Source: an uncultured Clostridia bacterium
GTDB taxonomy: Bacteria; Bacillota; Clostridia; Christensenellales; Borkfalkiaceae
Assembly: GCA_945638575.1 (NCBI GenBank)
Contig: CALZDP010000004.1
Span: 8,485-72,484 of the forward strand
DNA length: 64,000 bases
Direction of reading: 5' to 3'
Positions 1 to 8,889 of this stretch are shown here, piece by piece (position 1 is the stretch's first letter; each line of letters opens with the position of its first letter). The position numbers and the translations under genes are program-made. The notes beneath the pieces were generated by a model. It did no database searches and was not told the DNA's origin. It saw only the letters and a list, made by a program, of their open reading frames with translations.

Positions 1-770
1 CGTTGACCGCCCGAAAATTCATGGGGATACCTGCCTGCGTGTTCGGGCAAAAGTCCTACCAAATCGAGCATTTTGTAAACCTTTTCGTCAATGACTTTTT
101 TGTCCTTTTCGCCGTGGATAATCAAACCTTCGGCAATAATATCCCTAACCGTCATACGGGGATCTAAGGAAGCAATGGGATCCTGAAAAATCATTTGAAT
201 CTCGGTAACAAGTCTTTTATGTTTTGCCTTGCGTAATTTGTTATTGTATTCTTTTTCCAAAGACTCTTTTTCTTTACCCTCGGCATTTTGAATAAGCGTA
301 AGATATTCTTCGGAAACTTTTGCCATAATCTTTTTTGCGTAGTCCTTATCGCAATATTTACGGTCGTGGTCAGCCTTTTTTATTTCTTCTTTTTGCGCGC
401 GGACGTATTCGGCGGCTTCCGATATAATTTGAGCCTTTTTTTCGGCGTAATCAACGCAAGTTTTGTCAAGCGTCGATATCGCCTTTTTTACTTCTTCCCG
501 CTTTTTGGCGATATTGTTTTTGTAAGTTTTTGTACCTGCAACGATGCGCTGACCTTTGTAGTAAACGTTACCGTCGGTAGCGTCGTAAAGTTTTATAATG
601 GTGCGTCCCGTTGTGGTTTTACCGCAGCCGGATTCCCCGACAAGACCAAAAACCTCACCCTTTTTAATCTCGAAACTTACGTTATTAACGGCTTTTAATT
701 CCGCCGTACCGAGTTTGAAAAATTGACAAAGGTTTTCGACTTTCAATATTGTTTCGCTTTCGAAATTCAT
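1..770 (-). CDS. oppF: Oligopeptide/dipeptide ABC transporter ATP-binding protein, OppF-like (5' part only, continues past window start)
   Basis: Not in the ORF track because it is open at the window edge. Manual minus-strand translation from ATG 768-770 gives MNFESETILKVENLCQFFKLGTAELKAVNNVSFEIKKGEVFGLVGESGCGKTTTGRTIIKLYD...(K/E-rich stretch)...LVTEIQMIFQD. This shows a Walker A and a Q-loop. The start lies 1 nt after the oppD stop. Confidence 0.85.
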   Translation of the reverse strand, partial: MNFESETILKVENLCQFFKLGTAELKAVNNVSFEIKKGEVFGLVGESGCGKTTTGRTIIKLYDATDGNVYYKGQRIVAGTKTYKNNIAKKREEVKKAISTLDKTCVDYAEKKAQIISEAAEYVRAQKEEIKKADHDRKYCDKDYAKKIMAKVSEEYLTLIQNAEGKEKESLEKEYNNKLRKAKHKRLVTEIQMIFQDPIASLDPRMTVRDIIAEGLIIHGEKDKKVIDEKVYKMLDLVGLLPEHAGRYPHEFSGGQ

Positions 771-771
771 T

Positions 772-2985
772 TTAAGCCTCCTTTTGCAATTCTTTCATTT
801 TGGCTATACGCTCTTTGACCTGTTTGGGAAGTTCGATCTTGGGCGCATTAGGGTGAAGCAGCCATGTTGCAGCAAAGTGTGTGTCGGTAATTTTAAACAT
901 GGGCGGTTGGACTTCGTAATCTATCTCTAAAGCGTACTTGTTTCTTTCCGCAAAAGCGTCGCCCTTAGGGGGATAAATCATATTGGGCGGAGTCCCCGGA
1001 ATCGCCTCTAATTTTTCCTTGGTGTCTAAGTCGGGCATAGAGGACAAAAGCGCCCAGGTGTAAGGATGCGCCGGCGAATAGAAAACTTCTTCCGCAGTAC
1101 CGATTTCCACAATTTTACCTGCGTACATAACGGCAACCCTGTCCGCCGTGTTGGCGACAACCCCTAAGTCATGGGTAATAAAAATAACGGTAAGATCTCT
1201 TTCACGCTTAACTTTGTTGATAAGTTCCAAAATCTGCGACTGAATGGTAACGTCCAAAGCAGTTGTAGGTTCGTCGCAAATAAGAATATCCGGATTAAGC
1301 GAAAGGGCAATAGCGATGACTATACGCTGCCGCATACCGCCGGAAAGTTCAAACGGGTATTGACGGAATCTTTTTCTCGGTTCGGATATACCTACTTCTT
1401 CCAAAAGTTTTATGGCGCGGTTTTTGGCGATTTCTTTTGTAACTTTAAAGACTACCGCCGAAGCCTTTTCCTTAAAAAAGTCTATAAGGGCGACGACCTT
1501 TTGATCAAAATCTTCGTTACCGCTTTCCTTTACGTCCTTTTCGAGTTTGCTTTTGGTCCTTAAAATTAAGTTTATTATATCTTGTTTAGCGTTGTCAAGA
1601 TCAACTAAATCCTTTTCGGGAACCATATAGTCGGGCGTTTTGCCCCTGTCTACAAGGGCTTGACGCTTTGCCGTCTGTTTATTGAAGCGTTCTTCTTCCG
1701 CGGCGTTGCGGATAGCGCCGTCAAAATACATTAAAATTGAAGTTTTTAAACCTGTTTTAAAGGTGCAAAGCAGATTGTCTTTAACGACTTCCAATTTGTC
1801 GATGGATTTTTCAACCGCGTCGATTAAAACCTGCGCTTTTTGCAAAGCCTCTTTTTTATCTTCGCAACTTCTGAAAAAGTCCAAATTTTCTTCCATTACC
1901 GAAATGGCGGATTTTTTTGCTTCCACGGAAAGCGCGTGAGAATATTTTACCCCCTCTTTTGCGATATCTATAAAATGAAGCATAAAATCATCGTCAAGAT
2001 ATTTGCGAAGATATTTATTAAGGCTTTCGATATCCATATCGGGCAATGGCTTGTTTGCAAAAGTAAGATAGTAGCCCATTACGAAAAAGTTTGGCTTAAC
2101 GTAATTTAAAGCCTCATTTAAAATCTCTTTAACGGCGGTAAGTTTTTCCGAAATCAACTGCCAATCGGCGTCTCTTTCGCTGTCGCTTTTTTGGCTTTTA
2201 TTGAACAAAAACCTTACCGACGCCGAAAACTTTTCGGAAAATTTTATGCGAGCGTGCGGTTTGATTTCGTTTATCAAAGATTTTAATTCTTCCCCGCGGG
2301 AATACACCACATAACGCTCGATAGACTTTTCCGCTATCTTTAAAGTTTCAAATAAATCTCTTCTTACGTTTGCGTAAGAATGTTTTTCGATGCGGAAAAG
2401 GATGTCGTTTATATGTTCGAGAGCGGTTTCGGCGCACTCCGTCGCTTTGTTGTAAGAATATTCCAAATCCAAATGTTTGTATTCGAACTTGTCAAAGCTA
2501 CGGCAAAAGCGACGGTTTTCCTCTATTTTTTCGGGAGTGCTTCTCGCCTCGTCCATACGCTTATTTAAAAGCGCAAGCATATCGTTAAAATCCTTTCTCG
2601 ATTCCTTTTGTCTGAGTTTGCCTTTAATAAGGGTGGCTTCGGTCATCTGTTTGCCGACGCGCATAATCGGGTTAAGGCTGGACATGGGGTCCTGAAAAAT
2701 CATTGCGATTTTGTCGCCGCGCAGTTTGTGAAAATCTTCTTCTGTAATCTTCAACAAATCCTGCCCGTTATAAATGATTTCTCCGCCCTCTTTAATGGCG
2801 TTTGCCGCCAAAATGCCCATTATGGCGCGGTTGGTAACCGACTTGCCGGAACCGCTTTCGCCGACCAATGCCAAAGTTTCGCCCTTATATAAATCGAAAT
2901 TTATTCCCCTTACCGCCTGAACGATGCCTGCGTCGGTGCGGAAGGAAATTTTTAAGTTGTTAACGGAAAGTTTTACTTCTTTCAT
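772..2985 (-). CDS. oppD: Oligopeptide ABC transporter ATP-binding protein OppD-like, 737 aa, with ~390-aa insertion between Q-loop and ABC signature
   Basis: Walker A GESGSGKS, MIFQDPMSSLNP, signature LSGGMRQR, Walker B ILICDEPTTALD, and an OppD/F C-terminal oligopeptide domain (YSPAHPYTWALLSSMP). It is translationally linked to the flanking opp genes. Confidence 0.9.
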   Translation of the reverse strand: MKEVKLSVNNLKISFRTDAGIVQAVRGINFDLYKGETLALVGESGSGKSVTNRAIMGILAANAIKEGGEIIYNGQDLLKITEEDFHKLRGDKIAMIFQDPMSSLNPIMRVGKQMTEATLIKGKLRQKESRKDFNDMLALLNKRMDEARSTPEKIEENRRFCRSFDKFEYKHLDLEYSYNKATECAETALEHINDILFRIEKHSYANVRRDLFETLKIAEKSIERYVVYSRGEELKSLINEIKPHARIKFSEKFSASVRFLFNKSQKSDSERDADWQLISEKLTAVKEILNEALNYVKPNFFVMGYYLTFANKPLPDMDIESLNKYLRKYLDDDFMLHFIDIAKEGVKYSHALSVEAKKSAISVMEENLDFFRSCEDKKEALQKAQVLIDAVEKSIDKLEVVKDNLLCTFKTGLKTSILMYFDGAIRNAAEEERFNKQTAKRQALVDRGKTPDYMVPEKDLVDLDNAKQDIINLILRTKSKLEKDVKESGNEDFDQKVVALIDFFKEKASAVVFKVTKEIAKNRAIKLLEEVGISEPRKRFRQYPFELSGGMRQRIVIAIALSLNPDILICDEPTTALDVTIQSQILELINKVKRERDLTVIFITHDLGVVANTADRVAVMYAGKIVEIGTAEEVFYSPAHPYTWALLSSMPDLDTKEKLEAIPGTPPNMIYPPKGDAFAERNKYALEIDYEVQPPMFKITDTHFAATWLLHPNAPKIELPKQVKERIAKMKELQKEA

Positions 2986-4559
2986 GATCCCTCCGAGCCG
3001 CGCAACGACGGGTTAAATGCGTCCCTAAGTCCGTTACCGAACAGGTTAAACGATAGCATCAGTAAAACCAAGAAAAGGGATGGAAACATCGCTACGAAAG
3101 GCGCTGTTGCAAGTGATTGCTGTCCTGCCGCGATAAGCGTGCCGACGCTTGTAATATTACCCGATTCCAAATTTATTATGCCAAGGTATGACAGGTTGGT
3201 TTCGGAATAAATCATTGAAGGTATAACGAGCGCGCACGCCGTAACTAAGGTACCTATCGCATTAGGAAAAATATGTTTGAACATAAGACGGAAATCGTTT
3301 GCGCCAAGGGTTCTTGCCGCCAAAACGTATTCCTGATTTTTGTAACGGTAAAATTGCATACGGGTGGTTCCTGCCATGCCTATCCAACCTGTTAAAAAGA
3401 AGGTTAAAAACAGCACTAAAATTTGACTTGACGACCCCATATGAAGTTTTAAAAGGGTAATAACTATCATCATTGGGATTGCCCCCAAAACGTCGGTAAT
3501 CCTTTCCATTATAAGGTCGGTTTTACCGCCGAAGTAACCTGCTATTGAGCCGTATAACGCCCCAACCGCCAAGTTTACGACGGCAACGACGATGGCGAAT
3601 ATAAACGAAAATCTTGCGCCCGAAGAAAGACAGGTCAAAATGTCTTTACCTGCGCCCGTTGTTCCGAAAAGGAAGTAAGGTTCGGTTATGCCGTCTTTAA
3701 GAACGTCGCTATGATAATACGTGTAGTATTCGTAGTAATTTATACGGCACTCTACGCCGCTTGAAGTAGTCCTTGCGTAACAATATTTATATACTTTTCC
3801 GTCCAAAGTGTATTCGTCGCCGGATATTCTTAAAGAGTTATATCCGTCCGAAGGATCACGATACTTACCGGAAGTTTCGCCTTCTGCGTAAGTCCAATAT
3901 ACGGGGATTACGTTACCGTTTTCGTCATATTCGATACGAGTTTTGTTTGTACCCGTTGTTTTATAGTAATAGTTGGCGTTATCGCTGTCCTGCAAAGCCT
4001 TAGGTCTGTCTTCGATTTTTACGGTTGGGTAAATTACCTGAATACCCGTTCTGTTTTGATAGTCCTGAATGGCGCGATATTCTTCCAAACTTAAATGTTT
4101 GTAAATTACGCCCGTTTGATGATAGGTGTCAAGCCTAAACTCGTATAACCCTGCCTCGTTAACGGTATACGACTGATTTTTAACGGCGTTGTGCCCCGTT
4201 TCCTGCCCCATGGCGTAATAGTAGGTAAAGTTTAGTTTGCTCGTTTCCGTTTTTTGACAGCCGTCCCAAAAGGAAGTGTTTGCGAACAAATTGTTTTTAG
4301 GCCGTACGTAAGAGTAATTTTTATCGCTGTATGATACTTCGTAAGGGGTGGTAAAGGGCGCTATTACGGCGAACAAAACCAAAAGTAAAATTATTACCGC
4401 CGCCACCACGGCGCCTTTGTTTTTACTGAAACGGCGGAAGGCGTCCTGAAAATACCCGACGGGTTTTGTTTGAAACTTTTTTTCATGCGTAAAGTCGGTA
4501 GATTTTACAAAGCGGAACTTTTCAGCCGGAATATTATCGTATTTATTGAATTTTTCCAT
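2982..4559 (-). CDS. oppC: Oligopeptide ABC transporter permease OppC-like, 525 aa, with enlarged first extracytoplasmic loop
   Basis: N-terminal TM helix, then FGTTGAGKDILT (equivalent to the GTDxxGRD motif of OppC/DppC). The C-terminal BPD-transporter core contains an EAA-like ARTLGANDFRLMFKHIFPN. There is a 4-nt overlap with oppD. Confidence 0.85.
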   Translation of the reverse strand: MEKFNKYDNIPAEKFRFVKSTDFTHEKKFQTKPVGYFQDAFRRFSKNKGAVVAAVIILLLVLFAVIAPFTTPYEVSYSDKNYSYVRPKNNLFANTSFWDGCQKTETSKLNFTYYYAMGQETGHNAVKNQSYTVNEAGLYEFRLDTYHQTGVIYKHLSLEEYRAIQDYQNRTGIQVIYPTVKIEDRPKALQDSDNANYYYKTTGTNKTRIEYDENGNVIPVYWTYAEGETSGKYRDPSDGYNSLRISGDEYTLDGKVYKYCYARTTSSGVECRINYYEYYTYYHSDVLKDGITEPYFLFGTTGAGKDILTCLSSGARFSFIFAIVVAVVNLAVGALYGSIAGYFGGKTDLIMERITDVLGAIPMMIVITLLKLHMGSSSQILVLFLTFFLTGWIGMAGTTRMQFYRYKNQEYVLAARTLGANDFRLMFKHIFPNAIGTLVTACALVIPSMIYSETNLSYLGIINLESGNITSVGTLIAAGQQSLATAPFVAMFPSLFLVLLMLSFNLFGNGLRDAFNPSLRGSEGS

Positions 4560-4560
4560 T

Positions 4561-5568
4561 TTACTTAGCCCCCATTCTTATTCTCGGATCGATAAAGCCG
4601 TAACTTATATCGATTACTATGCCCGCAAGCAAACTTACCAAACAGTAAAATCCCGACAGCAACATGAAAAAGTCGTAATCTTGATAGGTTATGGAATTAA
4701 GATACAGTCTTCCCACGCCCGGTACCGAAAACATCGACTCTATAATAAGCGAGCCCGAAAGCACTGCGATAAATTCGCTTAATATAGAGGGAAAGATTAC
4801 TACCATTGAATTACGCATGGCGTGTCTGAAAATCGCCTGACCGCGCGTAAGTCCTTTAGTCCTTGCCAAAAACATAAACTCGTTGGTTAGTACTTCGGAA
4901 AGTTCCGCCCTTGTATATCGCGCATAGCCTGCAATAGAGCCGAGGCTTAACGCCAAAACAGGCGGTAACATGGACTTGAACATCGACCAGGAAAAATAAT
5001 CGTAGCCGGAATTCATAATCTGCGGAAGCAAATTCCATTTAAAGCATAAAAAGTATTGAATAATAATGCCCATTACCACAGACGGAAGGGATATAATCAA
5101 AATTATAATTACGTTTATAACTTGATCCTGCCACTTATTCTTTTTAAGCGCCGCAAAAATACCAAGCCCCAAACCGATGGGTACGCCTAAAATAGTGGAA
5201 TACAGATTTATTAAAATCGTGGGGGGAAGATTTTTTGCAAAAACTTCTATAACCGACGCACCGCGGTAAGCAGGCATGGTTACGCCGACGCCGAAATCGC
5301 CGTTAACGAAAATCCTTTTCAAATAATTATATAGTTGTATCAAAATGGGAACCCTGTCATAAGACCACGTTCCGTCCGGATTTAGTACGGCGTTTTGGAT
5401 ATACCCCCTTGCAACAAGCCTTTGCACGATAATATTTGCGTCCTGACCTTGCTGTACGGTAATAACTACGGGCAATAATTTAATAAGCACGAAGCACATT
5501 AACATAATAATGCAAAAGGTCATGATCATCAGCCCGAGGCGTTTCATAACATACTTAAACATATACAT
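4561..5568 (-). CDS. oppB: Oligopeptide ABC transporter permease OppB-like
   Basis: 335 aa, six predicted TM segments, EAA loop FLARTKGLTRGQAIFRHAMRNS, and C-terminal YGFIDPRIR typical of OppB/DppB. Confidence 0.85.
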   Translation of the reverse strand: MYMFKYVMKRLGLMIMTFCIIMLMCFVLIKLLPVVITVQQGQDANIIVQRLVARGYIQNAVLNPDGTWSYDRVPILIQLYNYLKRIFVNGDFGVGVTMPAYRGASVIEVFAKNLPPTILINLYSTILGVPIGLGLGIFAALKKNKWQDQVINVIIILIISLPSVVMGIIIQYFLCFKWNLLPQIMNSGYDYFSWSMFKSMLPPVLALSLGSIAGYARYTRAELSEVLTNEFMFLARTKGLTRGQAIFRHAMRNSMVVIFPSILSEFIAVLSGSLIIESMFSVPGVGRLYLNSITYQDYDFFMLLSGFYCLVSLLAGIVIDISYGFIDPRIRMGAK

Positions 5569-5600
5569 ATTAAATTGCTCCTCCCTTTGTTTTTTGCTAA

Positions 5601-5660
5601 TGCGTAATCGACTTTAACTACGCAAATCGACGACGGGCGAAAAAATTTCCGTCCGCCGTC
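5601..5660 (-). other. Two stem-loops in the oppA-oppB intercistronic spacer
   Basis: TGCGTA...TACGCA (5601-5625) and an 11-bp imperfect stem GACGACGGGCG/CGTCCGCCGTC (5629-5660), with no clear U-tract. Hairpins after the SBP gene are a common way to stabilise the SBP portion of ABC operon mRNAs. Confidence 0.4.
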
Positions 5661-5679
5661 TACTTGGTTATCCGAAGAA

Positions 5680-8232
5680 CTATTCGGATTTTTTGTATTC
5701 GGTTGAAAGGTCGTTGTTGTTGGACGCAACGAAACTTTCCCATTCTGCGTCATTGTAGTTAGGCGTTTTATACCTGATACCGCCAAACCCCATAAAGATG
5801 TTGTATTCGTCGGTTATGTTGGTAAACTTAGCGCTGTTTACGGTTGCGGAATATTCCGAAGTTGTTATCAAAGTAAAATATTTTTTCAAAACGTGTTCTT
5901 CTATCTTTGAAAGAAGTCTCATTCTGGCTTCTTCGGGAATAAATCCTGCGCCCCAGTTGTAAATTTCCGACTGAGAACGGTTTTCCGCTATGCCGTTAAG
6001 ACAGCAATACCAGTTGTAAACGCTCATGGTAAGTTCTTTGCCGGCGCCTTCATAACTGCCTTCGGGCATAGTGAAGGTCATATACTCTTTGGTAGTATCC
6101 CACCATGTGGAGTACATCAAACCTGCTTCGGGGTCAACGTAGCACTGTAAGAATCCTTCGGGATCGAAAGCGCCCCCCTCAAAACCGGTACCCATTGCGA
6201 TATCGTAAGAACCCGACTTAAATTCGTCCGCCCATTTAGCCCCGAAGGAGGCGTCGAAAGTTACTTCTATTTCGCCTTCAAACGGAGTGCCTTGTACCAT
6301 TTCGCCGATGATCTTAACCAAATAGTTGTAATGACGGCGACTGCCTTCGCTGTCGGTGCTGGTACCTACTTTAAGTTCGATTTTCTTATTGGCGTCGTAA
6401 CCGTATTTTTCGGCATTTTGAGTAAGTTCTTGATATACGTCGGCAAGAAGTTCTTTAGACAAAGTTCTGTTCATACCGTTCATTGCGTCATAGGCTTCCT
6501 GATAATCGCCGTAAGTGTTTGTGCCGTCCGTCCAAGTACCGTTTTTGCCCTCGGTGTAGCCGTAAACGCGTAACAGTCCTTCTTTTGCCAACTGCGTATC
6601 TCTGTACACGCCGCCGTTTTCTACGTCATAGTAGTAAGACGGGCCCAAAAGACCGTAGCAAGCCCTGTTAGAAGTGTAGCAAGTTGCGTTGTAATCGTCT
6701 CTGTCGAGATATAGAGATAGTGCCTTTCTGAAGTCGTCGATTGCCAAAACGCCGTTGTTTCTTCCGGACGCTTTTAATACGTCAAGGTTGGCGTAAAGGT
6801 TGAAACCAAAAGTACCCGTACCCGGTTGATAGGTGGTGTATTTTGAGTTTCTGTAATCATTTTTATGGTCTACGTCAAGACCGATTTCATCGATTTGACC
6901 GGATAGGAACATAGTCCATTGCGTGTTAACTACTGAAATTTCTTCACAGTGTATTTTATCTATTTTGTATTGATTTTTGTTTTCCGGAAGATGATAGCCA
7001 TACCACTTGTCATTCTTTTCCAAAGTATAGGATTTACCCGCTTGGAAGTTTGTAAGTTTGTACGGTCCCCAACTTGCGGAAGTTTCCAAACCGGTGTTAT
7101 AGGTTGTGGTGGGAAGGCTTGATCCTTCTTGCGCAGGTTGTTTGCAACTTTCGTACAAAGACTTTTTAACAAGAGGGAAACTTGCAAAACTGTAGGCTGC
7201 TTGATAAGAAAGGCTACCGTCCTCTTTTAAGCAAGCGATAGGCGCGTCTAAGCACACGACAAGTTCATATTTTGAAGGCGCGTAAAAACCTACGTCATCG
7301 AAAGAATATTCGGGATATGTGTAGCGCGTTACAAAAAAGTCTAATTCTTCGTCAGGGTCCGTCTGCCACCAGCCGATTATTTTTTCCCAAGTTGCTTTTA
7401 AATTTTGATCGGCAATAATCTGCGAATAACTTTTGCCTTCAAGCGCCAAAATTTCTTCTGCAGTCGCCGAAACATAACCTGCGTCGACTAAGTAAGCGGC
7501 TACTTCTGCCGCACCGTAAGCGTCGGGGAAACCGAAAGAAGTTCTGAAACTACATTCCGTACCGCTGTATTCCGCAGTGTTTTCGGACGGAGATGCCACG
7601 TTAAAAATCATTTTGTCAAATAAAGATTCTTCAAACTTCGAATACGGACCGTCCGCAGGGAACCAGCCGGATTGACCTTGATAAACGTAACTTCTTGCGC
7701 CGTGTATATTAATGTTATTATAATAGGTGGACGCGCGCATATTTTGGAAAGCAGGGTCCAACTGTTGTTGCATTGTGTACACAAAGTCGGTTGCGTCAAT
7801 GGGGGTTCCGTCATCCCAAGTAAGGTCTTGACGAAGGGTAATCTTCCAAGCATAACTGCCCATTTCCTTCTTTTCGTCGTCGTAATTCCATTTTTGGTCG
7901 ACGGAAGCGGTTACGTCCTCTAACTTAGTCGCCGCCGAATAGTTTACCGTGTAAGCGCCGGATATAATCGCGTCTTTATTAACCTCTCCGCTTTCGGTAA
8001 ACTTTTGACCGTCTTCAAATTTGAAATCGTATTCAAAAAATGCCGAGGACAAATAGTTAAGTATCTGCGTATCGTTTGCGTCCTCATAGTTAAGTTCGTT
8101 CCAGTTGCTCGGCATAACCGCAGTATAGGTGCGATAGGTGTTGTAATCGCCTTCCGTATTTTGCGGATTGCAGGCGGCAAACAGCCCCAGACATACCGAA
8201 ACAACCAATAAAGTTGCTAACAGTTTTTTCAT
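5680..8232 (-). CDS. oppA: Peptide ABC transporter substrate-binding lipoprotein (family 5 SBP, OppA-like), unusually large at 850 aa
   Basis: Signal peptide with lipobox (LGLFAAC), a strong RBS AAGGAGG about 7 nt upstream, and first position of the opp operon. Family assignment comes from context and general SBP-5 features. Confidence 0.8.
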   Translation of the reverse strand: MKKLLATLLVVSVCLGLFAACNPQNTEGDYNTYRTYTAVMPSNWNELNYEDANDTQILNYLSSAFFEYDFKFEDGQKFTESGEVNKDAIISGAYTVNYSAATKLEDVTASVDQKWNYDDEKKEMGSYAWKITLRQDLTWDDGTPIDATDFVYTMQQQLDPAFQNMRASTYYNNINIHGARSYVYQGQSGWFPADGPYSKFEESLFDKMIFNVASPSENTAEYSGTECSFRTSFGFPDAYGAAEVAAYLVDAGYVSATAEEILALEGKSYSQIIADQNLKATWEKIIGWWQTDPDEELDFFVTRYTYPEYSFDDVGFYAPSKYELVVCLDAPIACLKEDGSLSYQAAYSFASFPLVKKSLYESCKQPAQEGSSLPTTTYNTGLETSASWGPYKLTNFQAGKSYTLEKNDKWYGYHLPENKNQYKIDKIHCEEISVVNTQWTMFLSGQIDEIGLDVDHKNDYRNSKYTTYQPGTGTFGFNLYANLDVLKASGRNNGVLAIDDFRKALSLYLDRDDYNATCYTSNRACYGLLGPSYYYDVENGGVYRDTQLAKEGLLRVYGYTEGKNGTWTDGTNTYGDYQEAYDAMNGMNRTLSKELLADVYQELTQNAEKYGYDANKKIELKVGTSTDSEGSRRHYNYLVKIIGEMVQGTPFEGEIEVTFDASFGAKWADEFKSGSYDIAMGTGFEGGAFDPEGFLQCYVDPEAGLMYSTWWDTTKEYMTFTMPEGSYEGAGKELTMSVYNWYCCLNGIAENRSQSEIYNWGAGFIPEEARMRLLSKIEEHVLKKYFTLITTSEYSATVNSAKFTNITDEYNIFMGFGGIRYKTPNYNDAEWESFVASNNNDLSTEYKKSE

Positions 8233-8775
8233 AATTTATATAAAACCTCCTTAAATTTCCTTAATAATATTTAAAAAATTTTTCTCTGTTATTATTTTTG
8301 GCCCCCTTATAAGGTTAACGGCGTTTGCTTAAGCAAACGCCAAAGAGGATCCTCTTTGTTTACGTAAAATTCCATATTTTACGAATTTATCTACTTTTTT
8401 TAAAATTATATTTCAAAAAATGTTTTATACACAAAAACAAATGATTGCGCAGTAAAAACAAATATGTTTATGTTATACGCCTTGACGGTTTTTATGTCAA
8501 CTGTTTTTTTATAAATTTATTCATTTTTTATTTTTTTGTGCAAACTGCACAACTAAATATTTCCATTTTTTGGTATTGTCTTTCATTTGCAAGCAATTAT
8601 TCTTAAAATTTCGCTTATAATACCGATTTTTGACTATTTAAATATACAAATGACAATAAACAGTTTATACAAGTGTTTTTATATTGTGAACATTTGTCCT
8701 TATATAGTAATATATATTTGGCGTTTTAGGGGTAAAAATGATTGTATCTTTAAAATAATTTATGAAAATTGTAAT

Positions 8776-8838
8776 AAAAAAGACAAACAAAAAAGGCAAA
8801 CCTTTCGGCGTATCCGCCAATAAAAGTTTGTCTTTTTT
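8776..8838 (-). terminator. Terminator-like structure downstream of the Mrp-like gene
   Basis: 9-bp outer stem AAGACAAAC...GTTTGTCTT with inner small hairpins. It is flanked by A-runs and T-runs on both sides. Confidence 0.45.
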
Positions 8839-8889
8839 TATCTTTTTATATTCGCTTTAAAAATATTTCCTTATTATATAATACAGACG

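Noticed and set aside
288-698. 136-aa plus-strand ORF at the window start
   Set aside because: It lies antisense to a clear OppF-like ATPase frame (Walker A and Q-loop read on the minus strand). It is F/V/L-rich and low-complexity, typical of the shadow frame of a real gene.
8587-8823. 78-aa plus-strand ORF in the AT-rich gap upstream of opp
   Set aside because: It is an I/K/Y/N-rich translation of AT-rich DNA with no RBS, and it runs through the terminator-like structure at 8776-8838.
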